Positions 30,394 through 40,506 of a stretch of 64,000 bases of DNA are shown here, piece by piece. Made by a program: the position numbers and the translations under genes. Origin of the DNA: a virus. Under the pieces are notes generated by a model. The model saw only the letters and a program-made list of their open reading frames with translations. It searched no databases and had not been told where the DNA came from. Positions within the stretch are counted from its first letter, which is position 1, and each line of letters begins with the position of its first letter. The stretch spans positions 64,001 through 128,000 of IMG/VR virus record IMGVR_UViG_3300036399_001571; one strand, given 5' to 3'.

Positions 30394-30833
30394 TACAGGT
30401 CCTTCCATGTGGGTGGGTGTGCTTCACACTCTAGCGTAATTTTGTCATTCAGCAACTCCAGGAACTCAATCCATGCATCATCGCGCAGCCCCGCTTCTAG
30501 TTCCTCGATGTAATCTATTTGAGCTTGGATGTACTCCTTGGAAAAAGCAGCGAGTATTACGTTTGGATTCGAGCACGGAAACAACACCGGTCCATTCACA
30601 TTGCCGATTGATGACTCTGGCACGTGGATTGCTTTGATGGCATAATGACCATCAGTCGCGACGAACATAACGTTGTGTTCCCGCTGTTCAGTTTCTTTAA
30701 GTTCCTCGAGCATGGCTGCGGCTACATCATCATTTATTCCGGACGCCGCGAGCGCTGCAGTTAACTCTTCTTTTCTTTCGAATGGGACCGATTTCTCGAA
30801 GTCATCAAATGGATTTTTCAATTGCACCTCCAT
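30393..30833 (-). CDS. Hypothetical protein
   Basis: ORF coupled by TAATG. Confidence 0.5.
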   Translation of the reverse strand: MEVQLKNPFDDFEKSVPFERKEELTAALAASGINDDVAAAMLEELKETEQREHNVMFVATDGHYAIKAIHVPESSIGNVNGPVLFPCSNPNVILAAFSKEYIQAQIDYIEELEAGLRDDAWIEFLELLNDKITLECEAHPPTWKDL

Positions 30834-30945
30834 GGGCTGAGCTAATTGTACACGCGCGCATCCCAGATGTTAAGTTTTGTTGTAATAAATAATTAAATGT
30901 CAACTGTTTCCGTGAGGCAGCGAATGCCGTACTAGTCTCTGGTTT

Positions 30946-31317
30946 ATGGATAACACGACAAGATTCAATACCTACATTAAAGCCCTTTCTCAGTTCGCCG
31001 CGCGCGAAGGACATTGCAATGTTCCAGCCATCCATACTGAAATTGTTGGAAATAATGATGTCACACTGGGAGCTTGGGTTGGCTATGTTCGCCAGAGACG
31101 CAGAAAAAATCAACTTTCTGAAGAGCGCGCATCGGCTATCCAGGCTGTTTCGGGTTGGCAATGGGGTCCACTGAAGCCTGGTCCTGCTACAGACGCTGAC
31201 AGAAATTCTGAAATTTTGCAAATGCGCGCGGCGGGTTCTTCGCTCCGCCAAATTGCAGATAAGTTTGATTTGAGCCGGCAGCGCGTTCATCAAATAGTTA
31301 AAAATATTTCTATTTAG
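30946..31317 (+). CDS. Helicase-associated (HA) domain fused to an HTH
   Basis: FAAREGHCNVP...LGAWVGYVRQ...LSEER (HA) and SLRQIADKFDLSRQRVHQI (HTH). Confidence 0.8.
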   Translation: MDNTTRFNTYIKALSQFAAREGHCNVPAIHTEIVGNNDVTLGAWVGYVRQRRRKNQLSEERASAIQAVSGWQWGPLKPGPATDADRNSEILQMRAAGSSLRQIADKFDLSRQRVHQIVKNISI

Positions 31318-31542
31318 CTCAGCACCGGGTCGATAGAAATAGTTTAAAAAAATCGTTTTTTTGCTCTGACTCTGGGGCCGGCGCGGGAAGAAAAAAACTT
31401 TAAAAATTATCATTTTTTATCCCTGGCTGCGGCCGGCTTTGATTGCAAAAAAAGTTGTAAATTTGATATCGGTATACCTGCACTTGAGCTTCGACGGATG
31501 GTTGCAAAAAAATCATTTTTTTGAGCCATACCAGAACGTGCT

Positions 31543-31872
31543 TTGGTCTTCTGGATAGGATTAGGAATCATGAAAAAGAAATCCTTTCCACCACCGTCAT
31601 ATAACGAACGACACGGGTACGACCTGTACGACGACACGGAAGACGATGACGACGAATCAAAAAAGAACATTGCTGGCGCGCTAGCCGTTGGGCTCATCGG
31701 GCACGCAGCGACAATCCTTTTGTACTCTGTCATCATCAACGGATTACTTTCAATAGCCCGAGAGTCCCGGGTATTCGATTGGCAAATTTCATTTCGCAAT
31801 TTAGTGACTGCAGTATTTCTAGTGCAGGCGTTGCGAATTTGGGACAGGGCTATTCGCTCTCGTCAACGATAG
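31543..31872 (+). CDS. Membrane protein
   Basis: Two hydrophobic segments; start uncertain (31570 possible). Confidence 0.45.
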   Translation: MVFWIGLGIMKKKSFPPPSYNERHGYDLYDDTEDDDDESKKNIAGALAVGLIGHAATILLYSVIINGLLSIARESRVFDWQISFRNLVTAVFLVQALRIWDRAIRSRQR

Positions 31873-32155
31873 TTAAGCGAGGCTGTCTGAACCCACTGGT
31901 TGGGTGATTGGACTTGGACATCTCTATGGAGTGAACCATCTCTGTGAGGCTCACCCATATGCCGTCCAGCGGTAAAGAGAATTTAATTCTTTCTTCCTCT
32001 GTAAAGCGCGTTGCGTGGCTGAGTCTCGTCCATCCAAGTTCGTTATTCCAGTACATGTCAGGAGAGTCGTCATCGTGCTCGCTGACACTAAGAATTACGA
32101 ATTCAAGAGGCTTGTCAATCGCCTTGTTCTGAATGAGGGTGAATTTATTCTGCAT
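31850..32155 (-). CDS. Hypothetical protein
   Basis: ORF from MQNKF; YWNNELGW motif. Confidence 0.5.
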   Translation of the reverse strand: MQNKFTLIQNKAIDKPLEFVILSVSEHDDDSPDMYWNNELGWTRLSHATRFTEEERIKFSLPLDGIWVSLTEMVHSIEMSKSNHPTSGFRQPRLTIVDESE

Positions 32156-32333
32156 TGAAAACTCCGTCGTTGTAATCCTGTACGAGTTCTGCCAGTAGAC
32201 CATCAACAAAGTTTTCTACTCTTCCCTCAATCTCACTTCCGACGTTCTTCCATTCTTCATCGGTGAGCGGACCTTCAATCCAGTGTTCAAAATCTTCTCT
32301 AGTAACTGGTTCAAACTTTACTTCTTTTTCCAT
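32145..32333 (-). CDS. Hypothetical protein
   Basis: SD aaggag and ACTACTAAC leader. Confidence 0.55.
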   Translation of the reverse strand: MEKEVKFEPVTREDFEHWIEGPLTDEEWKNVGSEIEGRVENFVDGLLAELVQDYNDGVFNAE

Positions 32334-32487
32334 GACTGCTCCTTGTTAGTAGTTGTTAGTAATTCTATATCGAATTTAGTGAATCCCCCCAGCGTTGAAA
32401 GGAGGGTAAGGACGCTGAGGGGATTACACCTGCGCTGATTAAAGCGCATGCCGTGGAGCGCAAGTCCGCACCCCACGGCACACCTCG

Positions 32488-34020
32488 TTAGATAAGTTCA
32501 GTTCCGTTCAGTTCCTTGTATGTTCGCTTAAACATTTCAGGATAGATACTCACTGCCTTATCGCCAGCCTTTAGTTTTTTCAGTTGGTCAATCGCTTCGT
32601 CAACATGAGGCACAACAACGATGTTGTTTTTCTTGCAGAAGTTAATGCACTGCATAGCAAGCACTGCTTCATAGTTGCCACCCGCACCGCACACTCCACC
32701 GTCAGTTACCCAAATAATTGGTGACTTAGAAGTTTGCTTCTGCTTCACGCCCCACTCAATCGCAGGGAAGTCAACTCCGTTGCCGTATCCAACGCTCGGA
32801 AGTTCATTAACCATTTTGCCTTTATGAGAAACAACCCAAAGGTTCGTTATGTTTGGGTCACCTTTATCGGTGTACACAGCCACAGTTGCACCCGGAGCAT
32901 GCTCAATGATTCTCGTAAGTTGTTCTCTGCTGAATGACATTGAACCACTTCCGTCAATGATTACAACTCCACCAGTGCCACGAATTACCTTGTCAAAGAT
33001 TCTCATCTGTGGGTCGGTAATCATTCGGTGCATTCGGCGTGGACGCATTCCCATATTGGAAGCAACACGTTTCTTGCCCAAGTTGCCTTTTGACAACACT
33101 GGCATTGGCAGAAACTCAATGTTCAGTTTTTGCCATGAAGCAACTCGGTATGTCGCATTGGAACTGGTGATTCCCTTGTATGGGTTTCCGTCCTCTTTGC
33201 CTTGGTCAGTTGGCTTGATTCCCTTGTTGGAGTGTTTGCCACTACCTTCACTGGTTTCGTCACCTTCCTCGCCCTCTGATTCCTCACCGTCTTGACCAAG
33301 AGCCTTGCGGAGTTTTGCTTCCTCACGCTCTCTGCGAGCCTTTTCTTTTTCCTCTGCTATCTGCTCGGGTGACTTTGCGCAAAGACGGTCAACCCATTCA
33401 GCCAGTCGTTCTGTGTGAACGAATCCCAAAGGGAATAGACCGCTAGTTGGGTCAACTTTTGTGGAAGCAAGGTTTGAATACTTGTCAGCCTTTTTCATTT
33501 CCTTGACTGCTCGCTTGGAGATATCAAGAAGTATCGCACCCCACTCTCGCTTGTGTCTGCGGATTCCGTTTAGCAATAGTTTGTTGGACGCAGTGCCAGC
33601 AGTAGCAACTGCCATTTGCACAGCACCAGCCCAATCCTCTGTCGCACCAAGTCGTTCACCGTCAGCCGTTTCTCCACCGTCTGCAAGGTCGTTCTTAACA
33701 TCAAAGCCAGCCTTTTGGCAAAGATAGTTAACACGCAATTCCTCAACCACAGTCATTGATTCTTGGGTTGCAATCTTGCGTTCAATCCATTTCGACCAAT
33801 CATCAGCAGGCGATACTTTTGCGTGAACCATTTCATGCGCACGAATTGCCCGAGCGAGTGAATCATCATCAGTAGGAACTTTCATTTCCCTTGTAACGAT
33901 GTTGGTGCAAGGTTCGCCACGAATTGCACGAACCTCGCCCACCGTCCACACGCCACCTTCCACATCGTTGCGTGAAAGAAACTCGGGTTCAGCCGAGATA
34001 CGTTTTTTCACAGTTTTCAT
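32488..34020 (-). CDS. vWA-domain protein with N-terminal HExxH motif (CobT-like MoxR partner)
   Basis: AHEMVH; IIDGSGSM MIDAS; WVTDG. Confidence 0.75.
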   Translation of the reverse strand: MKTVKKRISAEPEFLSRNDVEGGVWTVGEVRAIRGEPCTNIVTREMKVPTDDDSLARAIRAHEMVHAKVSPADDWSKWIERKIATQESMTVVEELRVNYLCQKAGFDVKNDLADGGETADGERLGATEDWAGAVQMAVATAGTASNKLLLNGIRRHKREWGAILLDISKRAVKEMKKADKYSNLASTKVDPTSGLFPLGFVHTERLAEWVDRLCAKSPEQIAEEKEKARREREEAKLRKALGQDGEESEGEEGDETSEGSGKHSNKGIKPTDQGKEDGNPYKGITSSNATYRVASWQKLNIEFLPMPVLSKGNLGKKRVASNMGMRPRRMHRMITDPQMRIFDKVIRGTGGVVIIDGSGSMSFSREQLTRIIEHAPGATVAVYTDKGDPNITNLWVVSHKGKMVNELPSVGYGNGVDFPAIEWGVKQKQTSKSPIIWVTDGGVCGAGGNYEAVLAMQCINFCKKNNIVVVPHVDEAIDQLKKLKAGDKAVSIYPEMFKRTYKELNGTELI

Positions 34021-34742
34021 CGTGCCAACTTCTCAATCGCAATAGCGTCAAGAATTGACTGCGCCCTGTCACCGAATGTCAACTGGCTTGCTCGCTCGTC
34101 ACCAAGACCCTTGCGGAGACTGTCGTAAGCGATGAATGCTCGCAGTGAGATACGGCGTTCGCCAGCGTCAGCCATACGAACTGCGAACTGGCGCAATTCA
34201 GGTGAGAGACGAAGCAAAGCGTCAGGGTGTGGTTCGTTGATACGAATCTTGATAGGGAATCGGTCAGTGAGAGCAGTTGGCAATTCGCCCATGTTCTCAA
34301 CATTGGTGGTCATAATTGCAGAGAAGCCTGCTTTTGGACGGTGGACACGGGCAGTGTCAGGGTGTTCAAACGAAGCCGATTCAGGTGAATCCAACATCGC
34401 CAAGAGCGTTGCATAAACATCGCCCGAAGCCTTGTCAATTTCGTCCACGATGAGACGACCACCTTTAATGCCGTTGCCTTCCCAAGCCTTTAAAGCCGAC
34501 CCGTCAAGCCACTTAGTGCCACCCTTACCGTCAGGTAGGAATGTTCCAGTAACATCCATATTGGTCATGTCCTCGGTGCATACCAATCGGAATGCGCCTG
34601 CTTCAACATCGCCGATAGTCATACCAGCGTATGTCTTGCCGATACCCGAAGGTCCGAAAAGGATTACTCGGTCAACACCGTTGTTGAGAGCGTCCTCTAG
34701 GTCTTGCCAGCACTGTGGCAATTTGGTTTGTGTAGTAGTCAT
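34017..34742 (-). CDS. MoxR/CobS-like AAA+ ATPase
   Basis: GPSGIGKT Walker A, IVDEID Walker B, TTN, ALTDRF. Confidence 0.85.
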   Translation of the reverse strand: MTTTQTKLPQCWQDLEDALNNGVDRVILFGPSGIGKTYAGMTIGDVEAGAFRLVCTEDMTNMDVTGTFLPDGKGGTKWLDGSALKAWEGNGIKGGRLIVDEIDKASGDVYATLLAMLDSPESASFEHPDTARVHRPKAGFSAIMTTNVENMGELPTALTDRFPIKIRINEPHPDALLRLSPELRQFAVRMADAGERRISLRAFIAYDSLRKGLGDERASQLTFGDRAQSILDAIAIEKLAR

Positions 34743-35026
34743 TTCTGTTTCCCTCCTTAAGGGTGTTTGGTTAGTTGTAGTTACCTTACAGCAGGCGATA
34801 TCAGATTTACAAAATCGCTTTACACCGTGAGGCAGTACCTACCCTAGGGCATGCGATATCAGATTTACAAAATCGATTTATCCCCACATTACCTATAGAG
34901 CAATTTTTTGATTTTTTTGCAGGGGTGTAACAGGGTTTCCCCGGGGCTATCAGCTCTTATTGTTAGGCATACCTAACAGGTTCGGCCGGGGCTCTAGGGT
35001 CGAGCGGCCGGCAAATGACCGGTGGG

Positions 35027-35209
35027 TTAGTTACAACCGCAACAGGCAGAGCAGAAAACTACTTCGCCATGTTCACCGCAGTCAGCGCGGCGCGACTCAC
35101 AAATAATGCAATTTTCTGCAGACATGGCAGCCTGCGCACGACGCTCCGCCTTTTTCTCTCCACGGTTCTTGCCTATCTTGTAGACAACATAACCACCGAG
35201 TAGACCCAC
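35027..35209 (-). CDS. Small Cys-rich protein
   Basis: CIIC...C..H..FCSACC; coupled to the upstream gene. Confidence 0.45.
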   Translation of the reverse strand: MGLLGGYVVYKIGKNRGEKKAERRAQAAMSAENCIICESRRADCGEHGEVVFCSACCGCN

Positions 35210-35715
35210 TAGATACCAGCCTGTCTGTCAGCCTTAGCGTCCCTGACTTCCCAAAGACCTTTCTTGACCTTACGGAAGGTTGGACTCTCTTGGACGTATT
35301 TCAGAGTGGTCGGGTAGGAGAAGCCACACTGCTCCATAAGTTGCTCTGTGGTGAACTGCTCAAAATGGTGCTGGTTCGCCCACTTCAGGAACGAGTCCCA
35401 CTTGTCAGCCCGCTTCTCGGTCTTGACCTCATCTACGACAGACTCCTCATCTACCTGAATACCGCAGTACTCACTAGATACCTCTGCGATTACAGCGTCA
35501 GGAAGCGAATAGGAGAGCATGGCACGGATAGGACTGCCCTTTGCTCCGTCACGATTCCACACTTGGAGAACATGTAATGCCCTTGTGTAGTCACTGATAC
35601 CTTGGGCGACTTCCCGTGGCACGGCGAACTTATCCCCGAACTCGTCAATGGCTTCAGCCCAACGAGAGGTGTGGATATCGGTAATGGTTGATTCGGTTAT
35701 TGACTTTTTCAACAT
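35209..35715 (-). CDS. Hypothetical protein with a C-terminal wHTH-like segment
   Basis: Directly downstream of promoter 35754; FTTEQLMEQCGFSYPTT...FRKVKKGLW. Confidence 0.55.
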   Translation of the reverse strand: MLKKSITESTITDIHTSRWAEAIDEFGDKFAVPREVAQGISDYTRALHVLQVWNRDGAKGSPIRAMLSYSLPDAVIAEVSSEYCGIQVDEESVVDEVKTEKRADKWDSFLKWANQHHFEQFTTEQLMEQCGFSYPTTLKYVQESPTFRKVKKGLWEVRDAKADRQAGI

Positions 35716-35902
35716 AGTAGATACTTCCTTTCACCACCCACCTTACAGGAGGCGATATCAGATTTACAAACAGACTCTTCCACCACCGTCAAGATAAGGC
35801 GGCCCCCGGAGGTCATCACATTTTTTGATTTTTTTGAAAATAAAGCTCCAGGCTCTTCGGCCGAACAGTGCTACTACCCACTATCCGGCCCGAGCCCCGG
35901 TC

Positions 35903-36181
35903 TTACCCTTTTGTTTTTTCGAAAGATTTGTTCCACGTGTGCGTGTAGTAGAAACTTGCAGTCGTCTTAAGCTTTCCCTCGATGTGGAATTTAACTCGAA
36001 GGTATTCAATAGCCGCCGCTACCTCTTCATCCGTGAAGTCGTTGTCCGTGTCGTTCTCCCAGTAGCCGTTTAAAAAATCGCTTTTTGCTGTCTCCACCGC
36101 ATCTTCACCGGTGGTGGACAGTGTGTAGTAATTCTCCTCAAGAATCTCTGCAATTTGGGCGAGCACATCCATGTCAATCAT
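35903..36181 (-). CDS. Hypothetical protein
   Basis: ATGA-coupled operon 37237 to 35903. Confidence 0.5.
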   Translation of the reverse strand: MIDMDVLAQIAEILEENYYTLSTTGEDAVETAKSDFLNGYWENDTDNDFTDEEVAAAIEYLRVKFHIEGKLKTTASFYYTHTWNKSFEKTKG

Positions 36182-36588
36182 TTCGCTTCGCCTTTCAACA
36201 TCGTGTAGAGGTCGTCTATGACGCCACTAATACTTTCTTCAACAGTTTCGTTGATGTTGTTTTCAATTTTCTCTTCAATCTTTCCCAAGCCGGCAACGAA
36301 TACATTCCACAGTTCCTCTAGTGATTCCTGCTCTTCATCCGTGAATTGGTCGCCCATGGGTATGAACCTGATTTCTACAATGCCATCAGAAAGTAAATCC
36401 ATAAGTTCTTCAGGGGTAATAGATTCACGGCGTTTAGCGGAATACATCCGTCCATCCTTGGTAAAAATACCAGTGGTCATTCGACGATTTGCGTCTCTGT
36501 AGATAGAGAGGGCTTCAACAATCAGGTTTATTTCATCGAGGGTGAAACGTTTGCTGATTTGTCCAGTTACTGCTTTTTTCTTAGCCAT
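36178..36588 (-). CDS. Hypothetical protein
   Basis: Coupled ORF. Confidence 0.55.
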   Translation of the reverse strand: MAKKKAVTGQISKRFTLDEINLIVEALSIYRDANRRMTTGIFTKDGRMYSAKRRESITPEELMDLLSDGIVEIRFIPMGDQFTDEEQESLEELWNVFVAGLGKIEEKIENNINETVEESISGVIDDLYTMLKGEAK

Positions 36589-36806
36589 TACAAGGTCCTT
36601 CCTGAGAATTCAAACCATTCATCATAGGTCATACCAATAGTTCCAACAAATTCTGCATTCTCATAGAAGTCCATGATAAAGCCCTCATGGGTGATTCCAA
36701 TGTTTATGAACTTGGCGTTGACCTCGTCATAGCCACTAGTAAAGACGGTTACATCCTTGCGTGAATGCTGATTGACATCAAATGTCATCTTCTCATTGTC
36801 GCTCAC
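36588..36806 (-). CDS. Hypothetical protein
   Basis: Coupled ORF. Confidence 0.5.
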   Translation of the reverse strand: MSDNEKMTFDVNQHSRKDVTVFTSGYDEVNAKFINIGITHEGFIMDFYENAEFVGTIGMTYDEWFEFSGRTL

Positions 36807-37207
36807 TTGTCACCTGCCTCGTCTAGGTGTCGCTTGATTGAAGCCATTTCAGCCAAGTACTCATCAAACGACATTGCGAACGGGAACTCAATCATGTTGA
36901 TGTTGTTCAGGAACAGCGAGTCCCTGAGGTCTAGTTGTTGCCAAAGGTCCAGCAGTTTGTATCCAGCACTCAGGTACTGGTCAAACGCAGTCATCCATTC
37001 CTCGGCAATGCCTACAGACACCCAAGAGTCCTCACCTTCCACCAAGGAGAGCGAACTGCCGTTGTCCCAATCAACACCGATACACATAGCGCCAGCATTA
37101 TCGTATGGCTCACGCGTAACGGTCCCTAGGTCACCCTTGCGAATCCGTGTATACGGGTCGCTAGTGCCGACTAGTTTGATTCTTTCTCCGACAAGTGTCT
37201 TTGTCAT
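36803..37207 (-). CDS. DUF4314-like domain protein
   Basis: VGERIKL...DPY...GDLGTV...IGVDWDNGSSLSL...ED; start MTKTL with SD aggag. Confidence 0.6.
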   Translation of the reverse strand: MTKTLVGERIKLVGTSDPYTRIRKGDLGTVTREPYDNAGAMCIGVDWDNGSSLSLVEGEDSWVSVGIAEEWMTAFDQYLSAGYKLLDLWQQLDLRDSLFLNNINMIEFPFAMSFDEYLAEMASIKRHLDEAGDK

Positions 37208-37259
37208 GATTTTCTCCTTAGTAGTAGTTGAGGACATCTTAGGGTATCCGATATCAGAT

Positions 37260-37541
37260 TTACAATTTTTTAGGCATCGGGTTGCTCTGACTCACATTGT
37301 AGAGCCAGTCATCTGATGTTGGTGCTGTTTCTTCCTTTAGCCTGCGTCCACTACTTTGTCCTTCAATGATTGTGATGCCGAGAGAATCTAGGTAGTCTCC
37401 AGCTTTCATGTGAATTTCGGTCATGAGGTTGTGAACCCCATCCTTTTCAACATCGTCGCTTTCAAACAGTTCTTTATCCAAAGCGAATGTAAAATTGACT
37501 TCGTAAAAAGGTGTATCTGCATCTATTTCTTTGCGTGTCAT
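37260..37541 (-). CDS. Hypothetical protein
   Basis: Ends in TTG-TAA, which is the -35 of the next promoter. Confidence 0.5.
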   Translation of the reverse strand: MTRKEIDADTPFYEVNFTFALDKELFESDDVEKDGVHNLMTEIHMKAGDYLDSLGITIIEGQSSGRRLKEETAPTSDDWLYNVSQSNPMPKKL

Positions 37542-37542
37542 T

Positions 37543-37761
37543 TCAGATGCCTTCTAGAACATCTGATGGCTTCACCTTGAGCGCTCCGCAGAGCAAGATG
37601 AGTGACTGAAGGCTAGGTGAGAAGTGTCCGTTCTCAATCCGGTTGATGGTCTTGCGCTCGAGCCCCGCCTTCTTTGCCAACGCATCTTGCGAGAGTTCTC
37701 GCTCAATACGCAAATCACGAAGTCTTGCACTAACCCGTGCTTCTTTCTTTTCGGTATTCAT
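37543..37761 (-). CDS. XRE/Cro-family HTH regulator
   Basis: LRDLRIERELSQDALAKKAGLERKTINRIENG..SPSLQSL. Confidence 0.9.
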   Translation of the reverse strand: MNTEKKEARVSARLRDLRIERELSQDALAKKAGLERKTINRIENGHFSPSLQSLILLCGALKVKPSDVLEGI

Positions 37762-37794
37762 GTTTCTCCTTGTTAGGTGTTTATTTGGTTTATT

Positions 37795-38460
37795 TCAGTT
37801 TGCACTGAAAATCTGTTGTGAGGTCATGGCTGTATCCATGCCTTCTGCAATCTCAAATGTGAGAGCGTCTTTCCATTCCGAATACTTTTCGTCAAAGTTC
37901 TCGTCGTCGTCGTCGTATTCAGGTTGTCCCTGCATTTCGTGTTCACCTTCTGCAACAATCTCTCCTTTGTGAAAGACCATGTAGCCAGCAAAGAAATCTG
38001 CTTCCTCTGTGAAGTGCATTCCGAATACAAGTTCAGGGAACTGTTCGGAGATGTTCCTCATAAGACCAACCGCAGGGCTCCAAGCACTTTCCCAGTACAG
38101 CGTTATTGAGTTGCTGTTCTCGTCAAATGTGTCCTCGTCAAAATCAACACGGCAAGCACCCCATTTAGTGTCCCAGTTAGCATTCGCCCAGTCGTACCAG
38201 TCCTTGTGACCGTACTTAGCGAGATTTGACTCTTGTTGCTTGCGGTGTTCTTCTGCCTTCTCTTCACCAACATATCCTGAAACTGTTTCGTGCAGTTCTG
38301 TTGGAATTGGGAATAGTTGGTTCATGTCCCATTCTGTTCTGTTCCATTCAGGAATTGCTTTCCACTCTTCAGTCTGCTCAATGCGAATAGCCTCAATGAA
38401 CCGCTTCAGTTCTTTGTTGCTTCCACGAACTTCTCCGTATTGGTTGCACCAGTTAGGCAT
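37795..38460 (-). CDS. YubB/Api92-like ferredoxin-like domain protein
   Basis: MPNWCNQ...WYDW..ANWDTKWG...ESAWSP. Confidence 0.8.
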   Translation of the reverse strand: MPNWCNQYGEVRGSNKELKRFIEAIRIEQTEEWKAIPEWNRTEWDMNQLFPIPTELHETVSGYVGEEKAEEHRKQQESNLAKYGHKDWYDWANANWDTKWGACRVDFDEDTFDENSNSITLYWESAWSPAVGLMRNISEQFPELVFGMHFTEEADFFAGYMVFHKGEIVAEGEHEMQGQPEYDDDDENFDEKYSEWKDALTFEIAEGMDTAMTSQQIFSAN

Positions 38461-38523
38461 TTCATTCTCCTTTTGTAGTAGTAGGTGATGTAACTATACA
38501 GGTACAAATATCAGATTTACAAA

Positions 38524-39021
38524 TTAGTACCATGCGTCAGACCCGTTACATTCATTGGCAACCCAGCGCAACCACCAAATGGCGTACTTGACTTCCTTGT
38601 CCAAGTTCTCACCGTCTTTGGTTACGGTTCCCATTTCGGTCATGCGGTTTTCCATGTCGTCTGCCAAAGCGAGGCATGATGATGGTGACTTGTATGTGCC
38701 ATCTTCGTTGTCGCCATAGAACGAATACTCAAAATCAGGAAGTTCCAGTGCTTCTATGAGGAAGTTGCCGTACTTACCCCTATACCAGCAGTCTGTTCCG
38801 AACATGCCAGTAACACTTCCTTCTTGCAAATCAGTCTTTGATACAGAGATGAGGTAAGGGCATTTGCCTTGTGCCTGCGTTTCTCTGCAGTCAATTCGCT
38901 TTTCAGATAATCCTGTTTCTTCGTCAACAATGGCTACGCCGTCTTTGTCAAGAATGTCAACTTTTACAGCAGTGCCAAGACGCTCGCAGGCGTATCGGTG
39001 TGGGATGTTGTCTAAGCCCAT
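38524..39021 (-). CDS. Hypothetical protein
   Basis: Downstream of promoter 39067. Confidence 0.6.
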   Translation of the reverse strand: MGLDNIPHRYACERLGTAVKVDILDKDGVAIVDEETGLSEKRIDCRETQAQGKCPYLISVSKTDLQEGSVTGMFGTDCWYRGKYGNFLIEALELPDFEYSFYGDNEDGTYKSPSSCLALADDMENRMTEMGTVTKDGENLDKEVKYAIWWLRWVANECNGSDAWY

Positions 39022-39236
39022 GTGGGAATCTCCTTAGTAGTAGGTGAGTACCACTGTAGCGACCCTGATATCAGATTTACAACTCTCTTCCGCCACCGTC
39101 ATGATAATAGAGGCGTATATGACCTACGGTTTTCCGGTGCGCAGGTCAGGCATCATGCCGGCATGAAAGCGAACACCTGTTCGCATAGCCCCGGTGACTC
39201 AGTGGCCGCCTTGTACACCGGGGCTTTACGAGATGA

Positions 39237-39548
39237 TTATTCGCTTTGAGCTATAACCAAACTTCCATCGAGAATTTGCCATCCGTCTTCATGGTCATTC
39301 CAAATGATGGAGACTACCTCTTTGATTCCGTCTAGGTAATAGAAGACATCATCATCCTGAACTCCGAAGTCATCCCACTGCAGGTAGACAGGGTCTTTAC
39401 TGAATGAGAGGTAGTAACTCCTTGTGTCAGAGTCATCATCCCATTGAACTAGTGCGTCCATGCCAACCAGGATTCCCTCTTTAGCAATTACATTTTTCAG
39501 GTATTCCTTCAGTAATCGGAGCGTGAGTAGTGCTTTTCTAATCATCAT
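39237..39548 (-). CDS. Hypothetical protein
   Basis: Coupled ORF. Confidence 0.45.
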   Translation of the reverse strand: MMIRKALLTLRLLKEYLKNVIAKEGILVGMDALVQWDDDSDTRSYYLSFSKDPVYLQWDDFGVQDDDVFYYLDGIKEVVSIIWNDHEDGWQILDGSLVIAQSE

Positions 39549-39862
39549 GCGCTCACTACATCTATAAGTTGTACGAATGAATCCAGTGGCTCGCTTGCGT
39601 CAGGGTACGCCCTCATTGCGTCATCAAGGAACAATTGGTAAGCACCCAAGTTGTCATGAAAGTAGCGATTCGCTCCGCCATCTCCATAATTTTCGACTCG
39701 GCAAACAGTAATCCCTTTTCTTTGAATTTCTGCAGTCCATACGATTCCTTTAGACGTTTCCATCTCGTGGATTATCTTGAAGTCGTACTGGCTAGCAATG
39801 TCGTCCACTGCTGGCTCTGTCACGAAGAGTTTTAGTGACGGTGGAAGTGTTGAATAAAGCAT
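39545..39862 (-). CDS. Hypothetical protein
   Basis: SD aggag; VENYGDGGAN motif. Confidence 0.55.
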   Translation of the reverse strand: MLYSTLPPSLKLFVTEPAVDDIASQYDFKIIHEMETSKGIVWTAEIQRKGITVCRVENYGDGGANRYFHDNLGAYQLFLDDAMRAYPDASEPLDSFVQLIDVVSA

Positions 39863-39899
39863 GATTTCTCCTTGTTAGTAGTTGTTTGAATTCTAGTCG

Positions 39900-40418
39900 T
39901 CAGCAGATTTGAAATCCACCGCAGTTCTCTAGGAACTCTGCGAACCGCTTGACATTCTCCACATCAAACGGGTAGGAAGTGAGCCACGATTCTTTAGTGC
40001 CGATTCCATCACAGGCATTACACCAGCCATAAGTGCGTCCAGTAAGAATCTGATTTTCAGGAGAGAGTTCTTTAGTGGGCATTCCCATTTCCACGCCTAC
40101 CTCGTCATTGCGAATGCCAGTGCATTCACAGAGTTGGCACGCTTCACGGGGAAGTGAGGAACGCCACTCATTGTAAGTCTTTGCGTACTTCTCAACCGTG
40201 CCATTTTCAAGGTCTATCTTGAGTGACCAAGCCAATGATTCAGCCAATGCTTCATCTAGCCCGTCACCGTCGTTTGAGTGCCAGTACTCGCAACCGCTAG
40301 CAATGTCGTCATAGTTGTTGCAGATAAAGTCTGCCAGTGGACGCCAGTACCACACATTGTTGCGGAAGTAACTGCCCGTTTCATTCTTTGGATTTACTCC
40401 AATGACATCCATTCCCAT
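39900..40418 (-). CDS. Hypothetical protein with CxxC pairs
   Basis: Downstream of promoter 40468; FRNNVWYWRPL, CQLC, CNAC. Confidence 0.6.
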   Translation of the reverse strand: MGMDVIGVNPKNETGSYFRNNVWYWRPLADFICNNYDDIASGCEYWHSNDGDGLDEALAESLAWSLKIDLENGTVEKYAKTYNEWRSSLPREACQLCECTGIRNDEVGVEMGMPTKELSPENQILTGRTYGWCNACDGIGTKESWLTSYPFDVENVKRFAEFLENCGGFQIC

Positions 40419-40506
40419 TTTCTTGCTCCTTGTTAGTAGTAGTAGGTAATGAAATCTTACAGTATCAAATATCAGATTTACAAAATCGAGCTAGAGCCCC
40501 GGGCTT

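Noticed and set aside
29779-31397. GGCCGGCGC..GGGAAG.AAAAA at 29779 and 31376
   Set aside because: Only two copies, so support is too weak for a call.
31455-31470. Plus-strand TTGTAAATTTGATATC as another cassette promoter
   Set aside because: No TAnnnT at the 18-nt position (TGCACT), so it was not counted.
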